DNA of 64,000 bases from Rebecca billardiae RCC1528 (GCA_965240325.2 OZ251250.1:62001-126000), one strand, 5' to 3'. Shown: positions 10,890 through 24,589, counted from the stretch's first letter. Numbers and translations: made by a program. Notes: generated from the sequence alone by a model not told the origin.

Positions 10890-11690
10890 CGTCGTGCTCT
10901 TTGTTTCTTGGACGAGTAGTACAGTTTACTATGTTTTAACGTGCACACTTGGTTAAGGCGTGATTAACGCCATCCAACACTGCACAAAGACACCGCCACA
11001 AAACAGACCGGCGCAGGCAGGTGAGTGGCGCGTTGCCGCACCTCATCGAGGCGGCCATTGCAGCAAGCGGCCGCCCCGCGCTCGGAGGCACGCGCTCGGG
11101 AGCGCGCTCTGACACCACACGGGGAGGGTGCTGCACCTGGATGTTGTATCCCAGCCACCTCGAGAGTGCAGCCGCGCCAAACACCTGCCTACTACTTCAT
11201 CAATATCCATTATTTACTCAGCACACTGTGGACCCTGCTCTGACCCTACAGCTACTCGCGCGGTATTATATTGGGTCAGTAGCGCGCCTCAGTATTGATC
11301 TCGACGACTATTCCCGCGTGTCCGACGTTCTATCTGATCGAATCGTGTATACGACTGTCGATACTACTGTCAAACAGTAGTATCGTCGTGCACGACTGAC
11401 GATGATGATGTGTAAATGATTCGTCCCCTACTACTTTGCCTTTGGGCTTGGCCCCGGTTTATAAATAACGGCCAACGCGCCAACGGGCTCCGCCGGGGAG
11501 TGCGTGGCGATCAGATGTGAGATGCGGACTGGCGGCCGAAGCCTCCCGAGCCCTACCCTGGCCAGCCCCCGCGCCAACGGTCGAGTCGGTGGCCTGAGCG
11601 AGGCGCGCGGGGCCGCAGACATATAACTGGCAGCTAGTACATATTGAATATATATATATATAGTCACAAGCTGTCATAGTCACTAGTCAG

Positions 11691-14600
11691 CTACTGGAAC
11701 GACGACTCGTCGTCGTTATCGCCCTCGCTCTCCGCGCCGTCCGCCTCGGACTCCGACTCCGCGGCTTCGTCGGACGACTCGGCGCTCGGCGTCTCGCTGC
11801 CGTCGGCGTCGTCGGCGGCGCCGCCGGTGGCCGCGGCCGCGGCGCTCGCTCGGCGCGGCCGCGGCGCGCGCGGCTGCGGCGCGCCGCCGAGCACCCGGCC
11901 GGCGGCGCGCGGCGCGCCCGGCCGCACGGCGGGCGGCGCCGCGGGCTTGGGCCGCTTGGCGCCGTGCCGGCCGCGCGCCGCCGCGTTCTCCTTCGCGCCG
12001 TCGTCGTCGTCCGCGGCGGCGGCGGCGGCGGCGGCCGCCGCCGCCGCCTCGGCCGCGGCGGCCGCCTCTGCCGCGGCCGCATCCAGGTCCTTGCCGGCCA
12101 CGTGCAGCGTGAAGGCGAAGGTGACGTCCTCGCGCCCCGCCGCCGCCATCTCGGCGTCGTCCACGGTGGCGGCGCCGTGGTGGTGCGCCCACAGCTGCAG
12201 CCCGTCCGTCTCCTTCGGCTCGCCGAGCTGCGGCACGCAGAGCGGCGCGGACTCGCCGCGCCGCTCCGCCGCGAGCGCCGCGCAGCGCGCGCAGCGCAGC
12301 TTCTCGTGAAAGTGCGAGCCCCCCTGCGGCTGGTAGCTGAAGAGGTCGCGCAGCTCGGCGGTGGAGAGCGCGGAGGTGAGCACCTGCTCGTTGGACGCGA
12401 CGCCCGCCAGCCCCTCCTTCGAGAGCTGCCGCTCGTACACGAACTCCTCGATCGTGCCCGCGGTGATGAGCCGGTAGATGTACACCCGCTTGGTCTGGCC
12501 GTCGCGCCACACGCGCGCCGCGGCCTGCTTGTCGTTCGCCGGGTTCCAGTCCGGGTCGAAGAGGACGAGGCGGTTGCCGCCGATCAGGTTGAGGCCGCAC
12601 CCGCCCGCCTTGGACGAGAGCAAGAAGAGGAATATCGGCGAGCCGGGCTCGTTGAACTGCGCGACGAGCTGCGTGCGCTTCTTCTGCGACGTCGAGCCGT
12701 CCAGCCGGACAAACGCCCAACCGTTTTCGCGCGCCATCTGGCCGAACAGATCCAGCATGGAGGTGTAGTTGGAGACGAGGACGAAGCGGTCGTCGCCCGC
12801 GGCGCGCACGGCGGTGAGCAGGCGCAGCAGCACGCCCAGCTTGCCCGACGTGTCGGGGCGCGAGCCGTCGCGCGCGCGGCCGTAGTCGGGCGGGAAGAGC
12901 GACAGGCACTCCTCATACCCCGCCACCTGCGAAGCGCTGCCGGCCTCGCGCAGAATGAGCTGCGGGTGATTGCACAGCTTCTTGAGCAGCGTGATCGCCG
13001 GCAGCGCCTGGTTGTTCTTGGAGAGCAGCGCGCGCACGCGCTTGCTGTCGAGGAAGTGGTCGTACAGCTGGCGCTGCAGCGGCGAGAGGCGCACGCACAC
13101 CACCTGCGCGCGCGCGCGCGCCGCCGCCGCCGCAGCCGCCGCGTCGGCGCGTCGGCAAGCGCGTGCGTCCGCGCGCACGCGCCGCGCTCGGCGCGGACCA
13201 GCGCGCACGCACACACGCGCGCACACGCACGCGCGCGCTCGCGCGCGCGCGCCTGCACAATCTTGGGCGGCAGGTGCTTGGAGAGGATCGTGTTCGTGCG
13301 GCGCAGGATGAACAGGTGGCAGAACGCGCCGAGCTGCTGCCCGCGCTCCTCGCCGCGCGCGCACTCGGCCTCGGTCGCGTGCGGCTCGCGGCCCTTCAGG
13401 ATAGGCGCCGCGTACGTGCGGTGGAAGCGGCGCTCGTCGCCGAGCACGGCGGGGTTGCAGAAGTTCACCATCGAGTAGAACTCGTCCAGGTCGTTCTGCA
13501 CGGGCGTGCCCGACAGCAGCACGCGGCGCGGCGTGCGCAGCCGGTCGAGCGCCAGCGCCGTCGCCGTGCGGTCGTTCTTGAGCCGGTGCGCCTCGTCGCA
13601 GATGAGCAGCCCGACGCGCGCGGGGAGGAGTTCGTCAATGTACTTGCGCGCCATCTCGTACGAGAGGATGAGGACCATGCCGCTCGCGCGCTCCTGCTGC
13701 CGGAACATGCGCACGCGGCGCATCGCCTCGGCGGGCTCGATCGAGCCGAGCGTGAGCGTGTGCGGCGCCTGCGCGCGGCAGAGGGCGCGGGCGCGGCGCG
13801 CGGCGTCGGGCCGTCAAGCACGCCGTGCGCATCTCGGCGCGCGCAGGGACGGGGCGCGCGCAGCGCGCGGGGCGGGCCGGCGTGCGTGGACGGGGCACCC
13901 GCGCGCCTCCCGCGGCCCACCGAACCCCCTACCCCTACCCCTACCCCTACCCCTAATACCCACCTTGTGCTTGAGCCACTTGCCAATCTCCGAGTCCCAG
14001 TTACCCACGAGCGAGGTGGGACACACGATCAGCGCCTTGCGCGCGGCGGGCTCGGACTGCTTGAAGCCCTGGCGCAGCAGCGTGTGCAGGATGGTGATCG
14101 ACTGCAGCGTCTTGCCTGCGCGCCGCCGCCGCCGCCGCCACGCGCGCGCGCGCGCCCGGCGCGGCGCGCGTGAGGCGCGCGGCCGCGCGCGGCCGGCGCG
14201 CGGCGCGCCCGCGCATGCGCGGCGCGGCGCGGCGGCGCACCGAGCCCCATGTCGTCGGCGAGGATGCAGCCCTGGCCCTTGTACGCGCGGAAGCGCCGGT
14301 TCGGCGTCGCGTCCACGCCCTCCTCCTCCTCGCCCGCCGGCTCGTTCATCAGCGTCTCGAAGAGGAACTGCACGCCCGCCCGCTGGTGAGGACGCAGCTT
14401 GCTGCGCGGCAGCCGGGCGGCGCGGCCGGGCGCGGCCGGGCGCGGCGTGAGCGCGCGCGCGCGCGGCGCCGGCGGCGCGCGCGCCCTCACGCCGCCCGCC
14501 GCCGGTGCGCGCTCGCCCACGCCGCGCGCACCGGCACAGAATCTCGTCGACCGAGATCGAGTCCGCCCAGCCGTCCTCGGCCGCGGCGCCCTCGGGCGGC

Positions 14601-15131
14601 CGCCAGAGGAGGAGCGGCTCCCAGGGCTCGTCGTCGGCGGCGGCGGGCTCGGCGGGCCGCGCGGCGGCCTCGCTCGCGCCGAGGTTCACCGAGCGGTCCC
14701 ACGGCTTCCGCGGGCCCAGCGTCTTGCGCCGGAACAACTCGTCGCGCTCGGCGGGCAGCGCGAGCGGTGGCACGTACGAGCGCGTGAGCGTCTCGGGGAG
14801 CATGCTCACGTCGTACACGGCGGGGAGCATCGAGCCCTGCTTGATGCTCAACGTGTTCCCCAGCTGCGCGCGCGCGCGCCGCCGCCGGCGGGACCGACCG
14901 CGCGCGGGCCGCGCGTTCGGCGCGCGGCGAGCGCCGCGCCGGCGCGCCGCGCGGCGCGCGCGCGGCGCGCACCAGCGCCTTGATGTTGGCCGCGCGCAGG
15001 CGCTCGAGGTCGGCGCTGAGCGGCATCGAGTCCGCATCGGGCCGGCCGAACGAGAGCGGCTGCGAGCCCACGCCGCTCCCGCCCGCCGCCTCGGCCGGCC
15101 GCTTCGCACGCGGCCTGGTGAGCAGCGGCAT
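11691..15131 (-). CDS. RAD54: DNA repair and recombination protein RAD54 (SNF2-family ATPase), multi-exon
   Basis: Exons encode [127 protein letters not shown]; separated by GC-repeat introns. Confidence 0.92.
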
Positions 15132-16074
15132 CGCTCTGCGCGCCCCCCTCCCTCGCTCAGCCTCCCGTCAAACCCCCCCGGAACGCGGGCGCCAACGGTG
15201 GGTCGGCGACCGGCCTCGGGCGCAAGGGCTCCGGACCGTCCGGGGTAATTGAAGGGGTTCAGCAAAGGAATCAAGTTGGGTTCAGCGAATCAGCGGTGGG
15301 ATTCCCAGATTCGCGTGAGGCTGATTAATTAAATTTTGGAGTCTTCGCGTTGTGTTTCGGACTTTCTCACCGTACGGGTAATTGGGTAAGACGATTCTTA
15401 ATTCTGATGGTAGTCGTATACTCAAGAGAACAAGAGTCAAGACGAATCAGGTTCTCATTATTGTCGCATTCCTTCCGGCTACCCCAAACATATTATTGGG
15501 GTGGCCCAAACGAGCACGGGACGAACCGGCGTCTTGAAACGGAGCGAGCAAGTGGTCAATTAATATTCGGGTGGCGGCCCAAAAGAGCTCACCACGTGCT
15601 TGTATTCTTTGTTTTGATCGCAATACACCTCATTGACGGATCGGATTAGAGAATTAAAGTTGGGCGCGGCGCGAGTTGAGTGCTCGGGGATCTCGGCGGG
15701 TGCACGAGATTTGAATTTGTAAGACCCCCGGCTTGTCTCCTAAACCCCTGGACGGGTAAATCCAGCCCCCCCCCCCCCCCCCCCGGGGTCCGGGAGGCCG
15801 CGACCGCAGATAAGCCTACCCGACTAGCCCCATGCGTGACGGCCGGGTCTTGAGTGCTATGGCACCGTCCCCCGAGCCAGGGGTGTAGGGGACAAGCCCC
15901 CGGTTGCACAAGATCCCGTTTCAGACCCTGAGAACGCCTGGAGATCTCCGCGGATCGATCACCCCGGCTTCGCCAGATTTTTCCGTCGCGTATCGGTTTC
16001 ACTGCGAAGACTTTTGCGTCGCTCGCCGGCCACCCCAGCGCGCACGTCCCTCGGTCTGTCTCGGTTTCATCATC

Positions 16075-17146
16075 ATGCTGCGCACGCTGCTCCTCGCCAC
16101 CGCCGTCTTCTACGCCTCGGCGACGGATCACGACTACACGTGCGGCGACGTGGTCGAGTTCACCGATGGCGTGTGCGGCACCGGCATGTCGCAGTCGCCG
16201 ATCAACATCAACCCCGGCACCACGACGGAGATCCCGGCGTGCGTCGCCGTGCGAAGTGACGCGTCCTGCGCGCGCCGTGCCGCGCCGCGCGTGCCCTGAC
16301 CCGCCGCCCCCCAATCCGCACCGACGCGGGCGCGCGCGCGCGCAGGTCGGACCTCAAGCTGCAGATGAAGTACCCGGCGGGCGTCGCGGTCACATGGGAC
16401 GGCGCCAAGTGGAACATCCACGCGAGCGGCGACGCGCACGTGCTCGCAAAGAACCAAAAGTTCAACCTGATCCAGTTCCACGTGCACTCGCCGTCGGAGC
16501 ACAACATCAACGGGGCGTTCCTCGGCGCGGAGGTCCACTTCGTCCACCAGAACCCGTCCACCCTGCAGCTCCTCGTCGTCGGCATCAAGTTCAGCGGCAC
16601 GGGCGCGACCGAGTCGCCGTTCCTCGAGCAGCTCGCCTTCTCGGCGATGGTGCGCGCCGGCACTGGCAGGCGCCGCCGCGCCGGGCGCGCCGTCCGCGCT
16701 CGCGCAGCGCGCACTCACGCGCCCGCCCGCCCGACCCCCCGCCCGCCCGCGCGCAGAACGACGACGGCAAGACCAAGTACTACGTGGACATGGACGTGAC
16801 GCCGATGATCACCAACGTGCAGCACATGGGCTACTACACCTACATGGGCTCGCTCACGGCGGGCTCGTGCGCGGAGGACCTGATCTGGATCGTGAGCGAG
16901 CACATCGAGCCGGCGTCGCAGGCGCAGATCTGCGACTACTTCGACAACAAGCAGGTCTTCGCCACCTCGCGCCCCGTGCAGCCGTACAACGGCCGCGAGA
17001 TCTCGCACTCGGCGTGGTACTACGGCGAGGTGGACGTGCCGACGCCCGCGCCGTCGTGCCCGGCGGGCTGCGTGCCGGCGTCGCGCCGCCGCCTGCTCTT
17101 CGGCACGTTCACCAGCCCGTGCCCGGCGGGCTGCGTGCCGGCCTAA
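16075..17146 (+). CDS. Secreted alpha carbonic anhydrase (3 exons: about 16075-16238, 16346-16649, 16757-17146)
   Basis: Signal peptide MLRTLLLATAVFYASA; QSPINI; QFHVHSPSEH and EVHFVH (three Zn-ligand His); YYTYMGSLT..C.E...WIV; RPVQP. Confidence 0.9.
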
Positions 17147-17724
17147 GCGCTCCGCGCAGCGGCTCGCAATTAGGACTCAGCAGATGCTATTGACGGCGCG
17201 GCCAGGCAGCCCGGCGGCGCGGCGGCCCCGATTCCGATTCAAGCCGCGCAGCCGCGGCGCCGGCGGTGCTCGCCGTTGTTGACAGAGACAGAGTGTACGG
17301 CGCCGTGACGATCGGTGAGCGACTAAGTGGCAGCCTTTTCGTATTGTGTTCATACCTGATGATGTATTACCCGCTTGCACTTCTCAGCATCACGGTCCAA
17401 CGGCATCGTTGACTCACAACCGTCACCGAACGCGGTCAGCCGCAGGGCAGTGCCGCGCGGCGGCGGCTTTGATGCGAGAAAGCTGCTAGCAGGTCCAGAA
17501 GAAAAAAGTAGGCGGACGACGATCTAGCTTCAAACTGTCGTTGCAACATGCCGAAAGTCCAAAGTGACAGTCGCGGGCGACAGTCCTCTTTCACGATGAC
17601 TGTGTCGCGATCCCAACCCGCGCGCGCGGAGGAGCGCTCGGGATCTGGGCAGGCTCCGCTCGGCAGGCCGCCCGGGTCGCATCGGGCGCCCATCAGCGCG
17701 CGGAGGGGCGCGAGGCGCGGCGGC

Positions 17725-20700
17725 ATGGCGGACGGCGGCGAGCACGGGTTCCTCGGGCTCGGCGACGGCGCGGGGCGGTGGCACGCCCTGCGCGACGACG
17801 AGGCCGGCCCCTCCGACGCGCCGCCGCCGCGCGCGCGCCCACGCCTGCGCCCGCGCGCGCCCTCGGGCCTGAGTGAGGATGGCGGCGGCGGCGGCGGCGG
17901 CGGCGCGCAGCCGGGCGGCGCGCCGACCGGCGTGGCGGCGAGCGTGCAGGGCGACGCGATCCTGCGCGCGCTGCTGCCGCTGCCGCTCCGCGCGATGATC
18001 CACGTCTGGCCCTACTTTGCCGCGCTCGTCCTCGCGGGCAACGTCGTCATCCTCTTCACGCTGCATCAGATCTGGGGTCAGGGGCACGCGTACGCCGCGA
18101 ACGAGATCGAGCCGGCGAACGGCTCGTTCTGCTCGAAGCCGTACGACTGGTACCGGAACGGCGACCTGGCGATCCTCGTGCCGCTGCTCGCGCTCCCCGA
18201 GGCCCTCCGCCTCCGGCGCTTCTGCCTGCACTCCACCTCGGCCGCCTTCTCGGCGCCGCTCGCCGACTTGTACGCGTCGACGGCGCTGCTCACGCCGGAG
18301 AGCTGGCAGGCGACGCTGGCGGTGTCGGCGGGGCGCTGCGCGCTCGCGATGGGCGCGTGCGTCCTCTTCTTCCTCTGCGCGCTCCTGCCCCTCTCGCTCT
18401 CCTCCTCTGCGCTGCACTACCCGCAGCGGATCGCCCGGCTGGCGGCCTACCGGGGCAGCTGCGGCTCGGACTGGTGGTTTGGGCAGGTGCGCACGCGCGC
18501 GCACGCACGCGCCCACGCGGCGTGTGCGCGCGCGCGCACGCACCCGCGCACGCGCGCACGCGTGTGCGCGCGCGTGCGCACCTCGGGGCCCTCTGCGCTG
18601 CGCGCGCGCACACGCGCGCGCCGCGCCGCACCTCGCTGCACCTCGCGCGGCCGGGCGGCCGGGCGGCCGGTTGGGCTGGTGGGCTGGCTGCAGGTGCCCG
18701 CCATCTTCCTAACCCTAACCCTCATCCTACCCCAACCCTACCCACCCTACCCTCGCCCTCACCACGCGCCAGGTGCCGGACATCTTCCTGCTCGCCATCG
18801 ACCTGCCGCTGCTCGCCCTCGTGTTCGTCCCCTACTTCGTCTCGCTGCACGCGGCGGAGGGCGTGCGGCTCGCGGTGCGCGCGGCCGCGCGCACCGCGGC
18901 CGCGCGCACCGCCCTCGCCCTCAGCCTCGGCCGAAAAGCCCAACTCGAACAGCAAGCGAGCGCCGCGTGCACGCGCGCACGCGCACGCGAGCAGCGCGCG
19001 CGCCGGGGGGCCTCCCTCCGCGCCGGCGCGCGCGCGGCGGGCGTGCGTGCGCGTGCTGAGCCGCCGCGCACCGCGCCGCACCTCGCACCGCCCCCGCCGC
19101 CGCGCCGCTCACCAATTCTCACGATTCTTTTGTTCTTCTTTTTTGTGGTGCTGCAGCTCCAAGCGTACGCGGCGGAGTTTGAGCAGCGCGTGAGCCCGGC
19201 GCAGCGCGACGAGGGCGCGATGGCGGAGACGTTGACGAAGCACCAGGCGCTCGAGCTGCTGCTGGAGCACGCGCAGCTCGTGCTCGAGCCTGCGCTGCGG
19301 TGCGCGCACGCGCGCGCACGCGCGCACGCGCGCGCACACACACGCGCGCGCACACACACGCGCACGCGCACGCACGCACGCGCACGCACGCGCGTACACA
19401 CACGCACACACGCACGCGCACGCACACGCGCGCGCACACGCGCGCGCACGCGCACGCGCACACGCGCGCGGGGCGCGCCGCGCGCGTGTGCGCGCCGTGC
19501 GCCTGGGGCGGCGCGCGGCGGCGGGCGGCGACGCGCGCGGCGTGCGCGCGCTCGCCCAGACCGTGCGCGGGGCTGAGCGCGGCACGCCGCGGCGCGACGC
19601 CCTCCCCGCCCCCTCCGCCCCGCAGCTGGCTCCTCCTCTGCGGCGCGGCGGCCGTGCTCGGCGGCGTCACCTGGGCGTGGGCCGCCTTCGCCCTCGGTCG
19701 GCCGGAGGAGGCGCTGGCCGTGTTCGGAGGCGCGGCGCTGTTGGCCCTGGCGCTGCTGCCGCTGCTGCGCGCGGTGGAGCGGGTGAACTCGTTCCAGCCG
19801 ACGCTCGAGCGGCTGGCGTTCTCCGTGCCCGACCCGGAGGCGCTCGGCGCGGCGCTGCCCTCCTCCATCTCCCACGCGGCCATGCTGCGGTGCGCGCCGC
19901 GCCGCGCACAACGCCCGACCAGAGCGGCGCGTCGCGCGCCGTGGCCGGCGGCGCGGCTTAGCTCGCGGCCTGGCGGCCTGGCGCGGCCGCGGCCGCCGTC
20001 GCCGCCGCGTGGCGCGCGCCGCCCGCGCGCCCGCGTGCCCGCCCGCGCCGCGCCGCGGGCGCGCCCCTCCCGCCCTGCGCCAACCCTCACCCCTCCCCCT
20101 ACCCCTGACCACCCGCCCCTAATTGCCCTACCCACATTTACCCACCTGCTCTTATGTATGTATTGGTGCGTGGCTGTTATGATAGTGAGTACGTGAAGCA
20201 GCACGCGCTCGAGCTGCCGGTGGGCGGACTGCACATCCGCCCGTCCTCGCTGCTCTCCTCCTCCGCGCTCGCCTCCGCGTTCGCGCTGGTGATGATCCCC
20301 TTCCTCGTGCTGCTCGTGCCGCGCTTCTTCGGGGACGCGCACCGCAACGCCTTCAAGGTGCGACGCGGACGCACGGCAGCGCGGCAGACGCAGCGGCAGC
20401 GCACCGCGGCAGGGGGCGGCAGCGGGGCGGGGCAGGGGGCGGCAGGCGGGCGGGGCAGCGGCACGGGGGGCGCGGCAGCCGCAGTGAGGCGGGGCGCGGG
20501 GTGGCCGGGGAGCGCCGGAGCGGGCGGCGGCCGGGGCCGGCGCGGCCGGTCGGGCCGGGCGCGGGCTGCGACGCGGGCGCGCGCGCATGCACGCGCGTGC
20601 GCTCGGTGCGGGCGGTGTGGTGCGGCGGCGCCCCTTCGGCCCCGCGCCACGCGCGCGCAGGCCGCGACGGGGCACGCACCGCGCACCGCCCTCGCTGGCT

Positions 20701-21195
20701 GCCGACACGCGCGGCCCCCCTGCCCCCTCGCGGCCCCGCCCGCTGCGCGTTTCGTCACCCCGCGCGTTTCGTCACGGTGCGTCGCAGCGGGCGGAGGAGG
20801 AGATGCTGGCGGGGCGGGGCGTGTACGTGGGCAACTCGACCAAGCCGCTCTGCGTGTACTGCGGCAGCTGCGGCTACCACGGCTGGTGCGCCGGAGGCTA
20901 CTACACCGGTGAGCAGTGCGCAGCAGCGCGGCGCGCGTTCGGGCGCGGCAGCGTTCCCGCGCGCGCCGCGCCGCGCCCGGCGCTCTGCGCCCCTCCGACC
21001 CCGCCCACGCGCGCCCCACCCGACCCCGCGCACCCGCGCACGCCTCCCCCCGCCCCAGGCCCCGGGTACGAGGGCTGCCGCTGGGAGCAGCAGTGCCAGG
21101 TAGTCCGGTACGCGGCTGAGATCATGACCAAGCTCGACTCGGGCGCGACGCTCACGCCCGAGCCCAGGCTGCTCGCAATGCTCGGGCGCAGATAG
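17725..21195 (+). CDS. Multi-exon, multi-pass membrane protein of unknown function with Cys-rich C-terminus
   Basis: Hydrophobic exon segments (HVWPYFAALVLAGNVVILFTL; IFLLAIDLPLLALVFVPYF; WLLLCGAAAVLGGVTWAW; AFALVMIPFLVLLVPRFF) separated by GT..CAG introns; last exons CVYCGSCGYHGWC..GCRWEQQC..LLAMLGRR*. Exon structure approximate. Confidence 0.6.
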
Positions 21196-21871
21196 TAGGG
21201 GTCGAGCGTGTGGGACTGGGGGCTGCCGGCAGCCGCGCTGCTGCTGCCACGGCTACAATAACATGGCCGGCCAGCCGGCAGGGGCCCTGCTGTCGGCCGG
21301 CGCGACGCCGCGCCTGACGCGCCCCGCGCCCGCCGGTGGCGCGGTGCGGCGCCGCGCGCTGTCCGTGTCTCGCCGCTGATGAGCAGCCGACAGAGCCTCA
21401 TCAGCCTGCTGACTATAGTCGCGGTATATAATCCAACTGCGATCGGTACCGGGTACGGGCGGGTACGGTCCTAGGGGCCTGGCGGCGGCGGATGACGACG
21501 ACGCGATGCATGACCGCGCGGACTACGACTGAGTCTGAGAGTCTTCGGAATCTGATCGTCATCGACTCGTCGGCCCGGCGCTGTCGGAGAGTGACGACGT
21601 CGCGGGGCCGTGATGCCACGGGTCGTCGAGTCGTAGCAAGCGCGATATGATGATGCGCGCTGATGATGATAATGGCCGCCGGACCCCGCCAGCCGCCAGG
21701 CGGCCCACCCACCGCCCAGGGCCAGGCGCCAGCCTTGAGCCTGCGCGGCGGCACCGTGCGGGCACCTGCTGATGACGGCCCGTGCCATCAACGGCTGCGT
21801 CGGCTGTCACCACCGCGCATTGTCTCTACAGCAGAGCAGTGGGGCGCGCGTCAGCAGCAGACACGCGCACA

Positions 21872-23344
21872 TCACGCCGTCCCGATGCAGGCGGGCGTGT
21901 AAACCAGCTGGGTGGGCTCGTCTTGCTCGGCCTCGCTCATGCCGAGGCCGAGCGCAGCCGAGCGCTTGCCGCACGCGTGCACGCTGCCGTCCGCACTCAC
22001 AAACAGCGAGTGGGAGTCGCCCATGGCACAGTGCACCACGCGTGCGTGGGCGAGGGCACCCACGCGCGACGGGGCACCGTGGCGCACCTCTCCAGATCCC
22101 AGCCCGAGCTGGCCGTACTCGTTGTTCCCAAACGTGTGCACGCTGCCGTCCGCGCCCAGCACCGCGCTGCCGCAGCTGCCCGCACATGCGCGCACGATGC
22201 GCACACCCGCGAGGGCGTCAAGCCGCCTCGGCGTGAGTTGCGAGCGCGTGTCTCCATGCCCGAGCGCACCAAACTTGCCAAGCCCAAACGAGTGCACGTG
22301 ACCGGTAGCGTCCACCACCAGGCTGTGGTTAGAGCCCGCGCTCACGTGCACGGCGTGCACGCCCGCGAGCGCCTCGATGCGCCTCGGCGTGTGCTGCTCC
22401 TGCTGGTCGCCGTGGCCGAGCGCGTCATCGCGGCCCAAGCCGCACGAGTAGACGGCGCCGTATACATCAAGGAGCAACGTGTGCAAACCACCCGCGGAGA
22501 CGCCACCCACGCGCACGCCACGAAGCGCCTCGATGCGCGCCGGCTTCCACCGCTCCTCCGTGTCGCCGTGGCCGAGCTGGCCATCGAAGTTGAAGCCCCA
22601 GCTGTACGCGCAGCCCGCGGCGGTGAGCGCGAGGCTGTGCACGTTGGCTGCAGCTATGCACACGACGGGTTCACGTGCGGGGAGCCCGACGAGAGTGAAT
22701 GAGCGTTGCTCCTCCGTGTGGCCCAGCCCCAGCTCGCCGTGGTCGTTGTAGCCGCAGCCATACACGGTGCCGGCGTCACTCAGCGCGAGCAGGTGGTCAC
22801 TGCCAGCGGCCACAGCAACCACGCGCACTGCGCTGAGAGAGGGGGAGGCGACGCGCGTCAGCACGCACACTGCCGGCAAGCCCGGGTGGCCGGTTGCCGC
22901 GAGCGTTCGATACTCGCCCGTCGGCTGCCAGGTGTCCTCGTCCCACACCGCCTCCTCGCCGCACGTGTGCAGCCCGCCCTCCGCGTCCACACACGCGCTG
23001 AAGCGACACGCGCTGAAGCGAGCGCCGGCCGCCACGGCAGGCGAGTGTGCGCATGCGAGCTCGAACACACGCTCGCGAACGAGCAGTTCCGCCGTCCACG
23101 TGCGCACGTCGGAGGGCAGCGACGTCGGCAGCGCGCGCTCGTGCCCGCGCGCGCGCGCGCGCTCGCGCAGCGCGCGCTCGACAGCCGAGCACCCGCCGGG
23201 CGGCGCGGCGTGAAAGAGGCGCGCGGTGGCGTTCAGGCTTACGAGGTCGCGCGGCGGAAGGAACACGAGTATGCGGTCGAGCACCTCGCGCGGCACGTCG
23301 TCGAGCGCGAGGCGACGCGCGTGCGCCTGTGCCGTGCTGGCCAT
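21872..23344 (-). CDS. F-box-like/RCC1-repeat protein, copy 4 (type A; stop a few codons early, TGG>TGA)
   Basis: MASTAQAHARRLALDDVPREVLDRIL; RCC1 repeats; ends CIGTA* where paralogues continue WCARVC(C). Confidence 0.88.
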   Translation of the reverse strand: MASTAQAHARRLALDDVPREVLDRILVFLPPRDLVSLNATARLFHAAPPGGCSAVERALRERARARGHERALPTSLPSDVRTWTAELLVRERVFELACAHSPAVAAGARFSACRFSACVDAEGGLHTCGEEAVWDEDTWQPTGEYRTLAATGHPGLPAVCVLTRVASPSLSAVRVVAVAAGSDHLLALSDAGTVYGCGYNDHGELGLGHTEEQRSFTLVGLPAREPVVCIAAANVHSLALTAAGCAYSWGFNFDGQLGHGDTEERWKPARIEALRGVRVGGVSAGGLHTLLLDVYGAVYSCGLGRDDALGHGDQQEQHTPRRIEALAGVHAVHVSAGSNHSLVVDATGHVHSFGLGKFGALGHGDTRSQLTPRRLDALAGVRIVRACAGSCGSAVLGADGSVHTFGNNEYGQLGLGSGEVRHGAPSRVGALAHARVVHCAMGDSHSLFVSADGSVHACGKRSAALGLGMSEAEQDEPTQLVYTPACIGTA

Positions 23345-23467
23345 CGCTCCCGCCGGCGCCGCGCAGTCGGTGCGGTCGGTGGGCAAGCGCTGTCGCCGCG
23401 CGCTGTGGCCTCCACTGTCCCGGCGTCCGTTGCCTGAGCTGCCCGGACTGTCAGACGTCAGTCACAG

Positions 23468-24589
23468 GCGCCGTTGAAGCCCCAGCTGTACGCGCAGCCC
23501 GCGGCGGTGAGCGCGAGGCTGTGCTCGGTGCCTGCCGCGATGCACACGACGGGCTCACTCGCGGGTAGCCCGACGAGAGCGAATGCGCGTTGCTCGTCCT
23601 TGTCGCCCAGCCCCAGTTGGCCGTACCCGTTGTCGCCGCAGCCGTACACGGCGCCGGCCTCGCTCAGCGCAAGCAGGTGGGCCCAGCCGGCGGCCACCGC
23701 GACCACGCGCACCGCGGAGAGCGAGGCGACGTGCGTCGGCACGTACACTGGCGGCACCTGACGCCCGTGAGCGATAGCAAGCGGCGCAAAGTGCCAAGAA
23801 ACCACCTCCTCGTCCTCGTCGTCGCTCGCCGGCTCGTCATCCTCGTCCTCCTCCTCCTCCTCGCCACACGCCACACGTGTGCAACCCGCCCTCCGCGTCC
23901 ACAAACGCGGTGAATTCAATGTCGCCACACGCGGCGACGCACGCGTGCCGCGCGCTCATCTCCAGCACGCGCTCGCGCTCGAGCAGCTCGGCCGTCCACG
24001 TGCGCGGCAGCGTCGGCAGCGCGCGCTCGTGCCCGCGCGCGCGCCCGCGCTCGCGCAGCGCGTGCTCGACAGCCGAGCCGCGGCCTGGCGTGCCGCGGAA
24101 GAGGCGTGACGCGGCGTTGGCCGCGGCGAGATCGCGAGCGCTGCCGAGATGAACGAGCACGCGCACGATCAGGTCAAACGGCAGACCGGCCAAAGCAGGC
24201 CCCGACGCCTCCAGCGCGGCTGCGCTGCCACGGCGCGCCCCATCCCGCCCCGCGCCGCCCGAGGGCCGCGCGAGCGTGACGGGGCCTGCTGCGACAGCCA
24301 CGTGGCGCGACGCGCCGAGCCGGCGCAAGCCAGCGTACATCGTCGTCGCACACGACACCTGCGTGGTGCGCCCGCAGCTGGCGCGGCCGCAGCGCACGGC
24401 ACAGCACTCGGACGCGAGCGCGCGCTCGAAGAGGCACACGTTGTGCGCGACGTGCTCCGCGCCGCACGCGAGCTGCGCCCACGGCTGCGAGCCGATGCGC
24501 TCGCCGCACAGGACACAGGTGCAGTCGTCGGGCGTCGGGCTCGGCGCTGAGGGCGTCTCGTCGTCGTGCGCACCCGGCGTGCGCGCCAT
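23468..24589 (-). pseudogene. RING/F-box-like/RCC1 copy 5 (type C), frameshifted and 3'-truncated
   Basis: MARTPGAHDD..CVLCGERIG..; a 7-bp duplication CCACACG (about 23864-23877) shifts the frame; the sequence breaks after YSWGFNG and joins the upstream region of copy 4. Confidence 0.88.
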
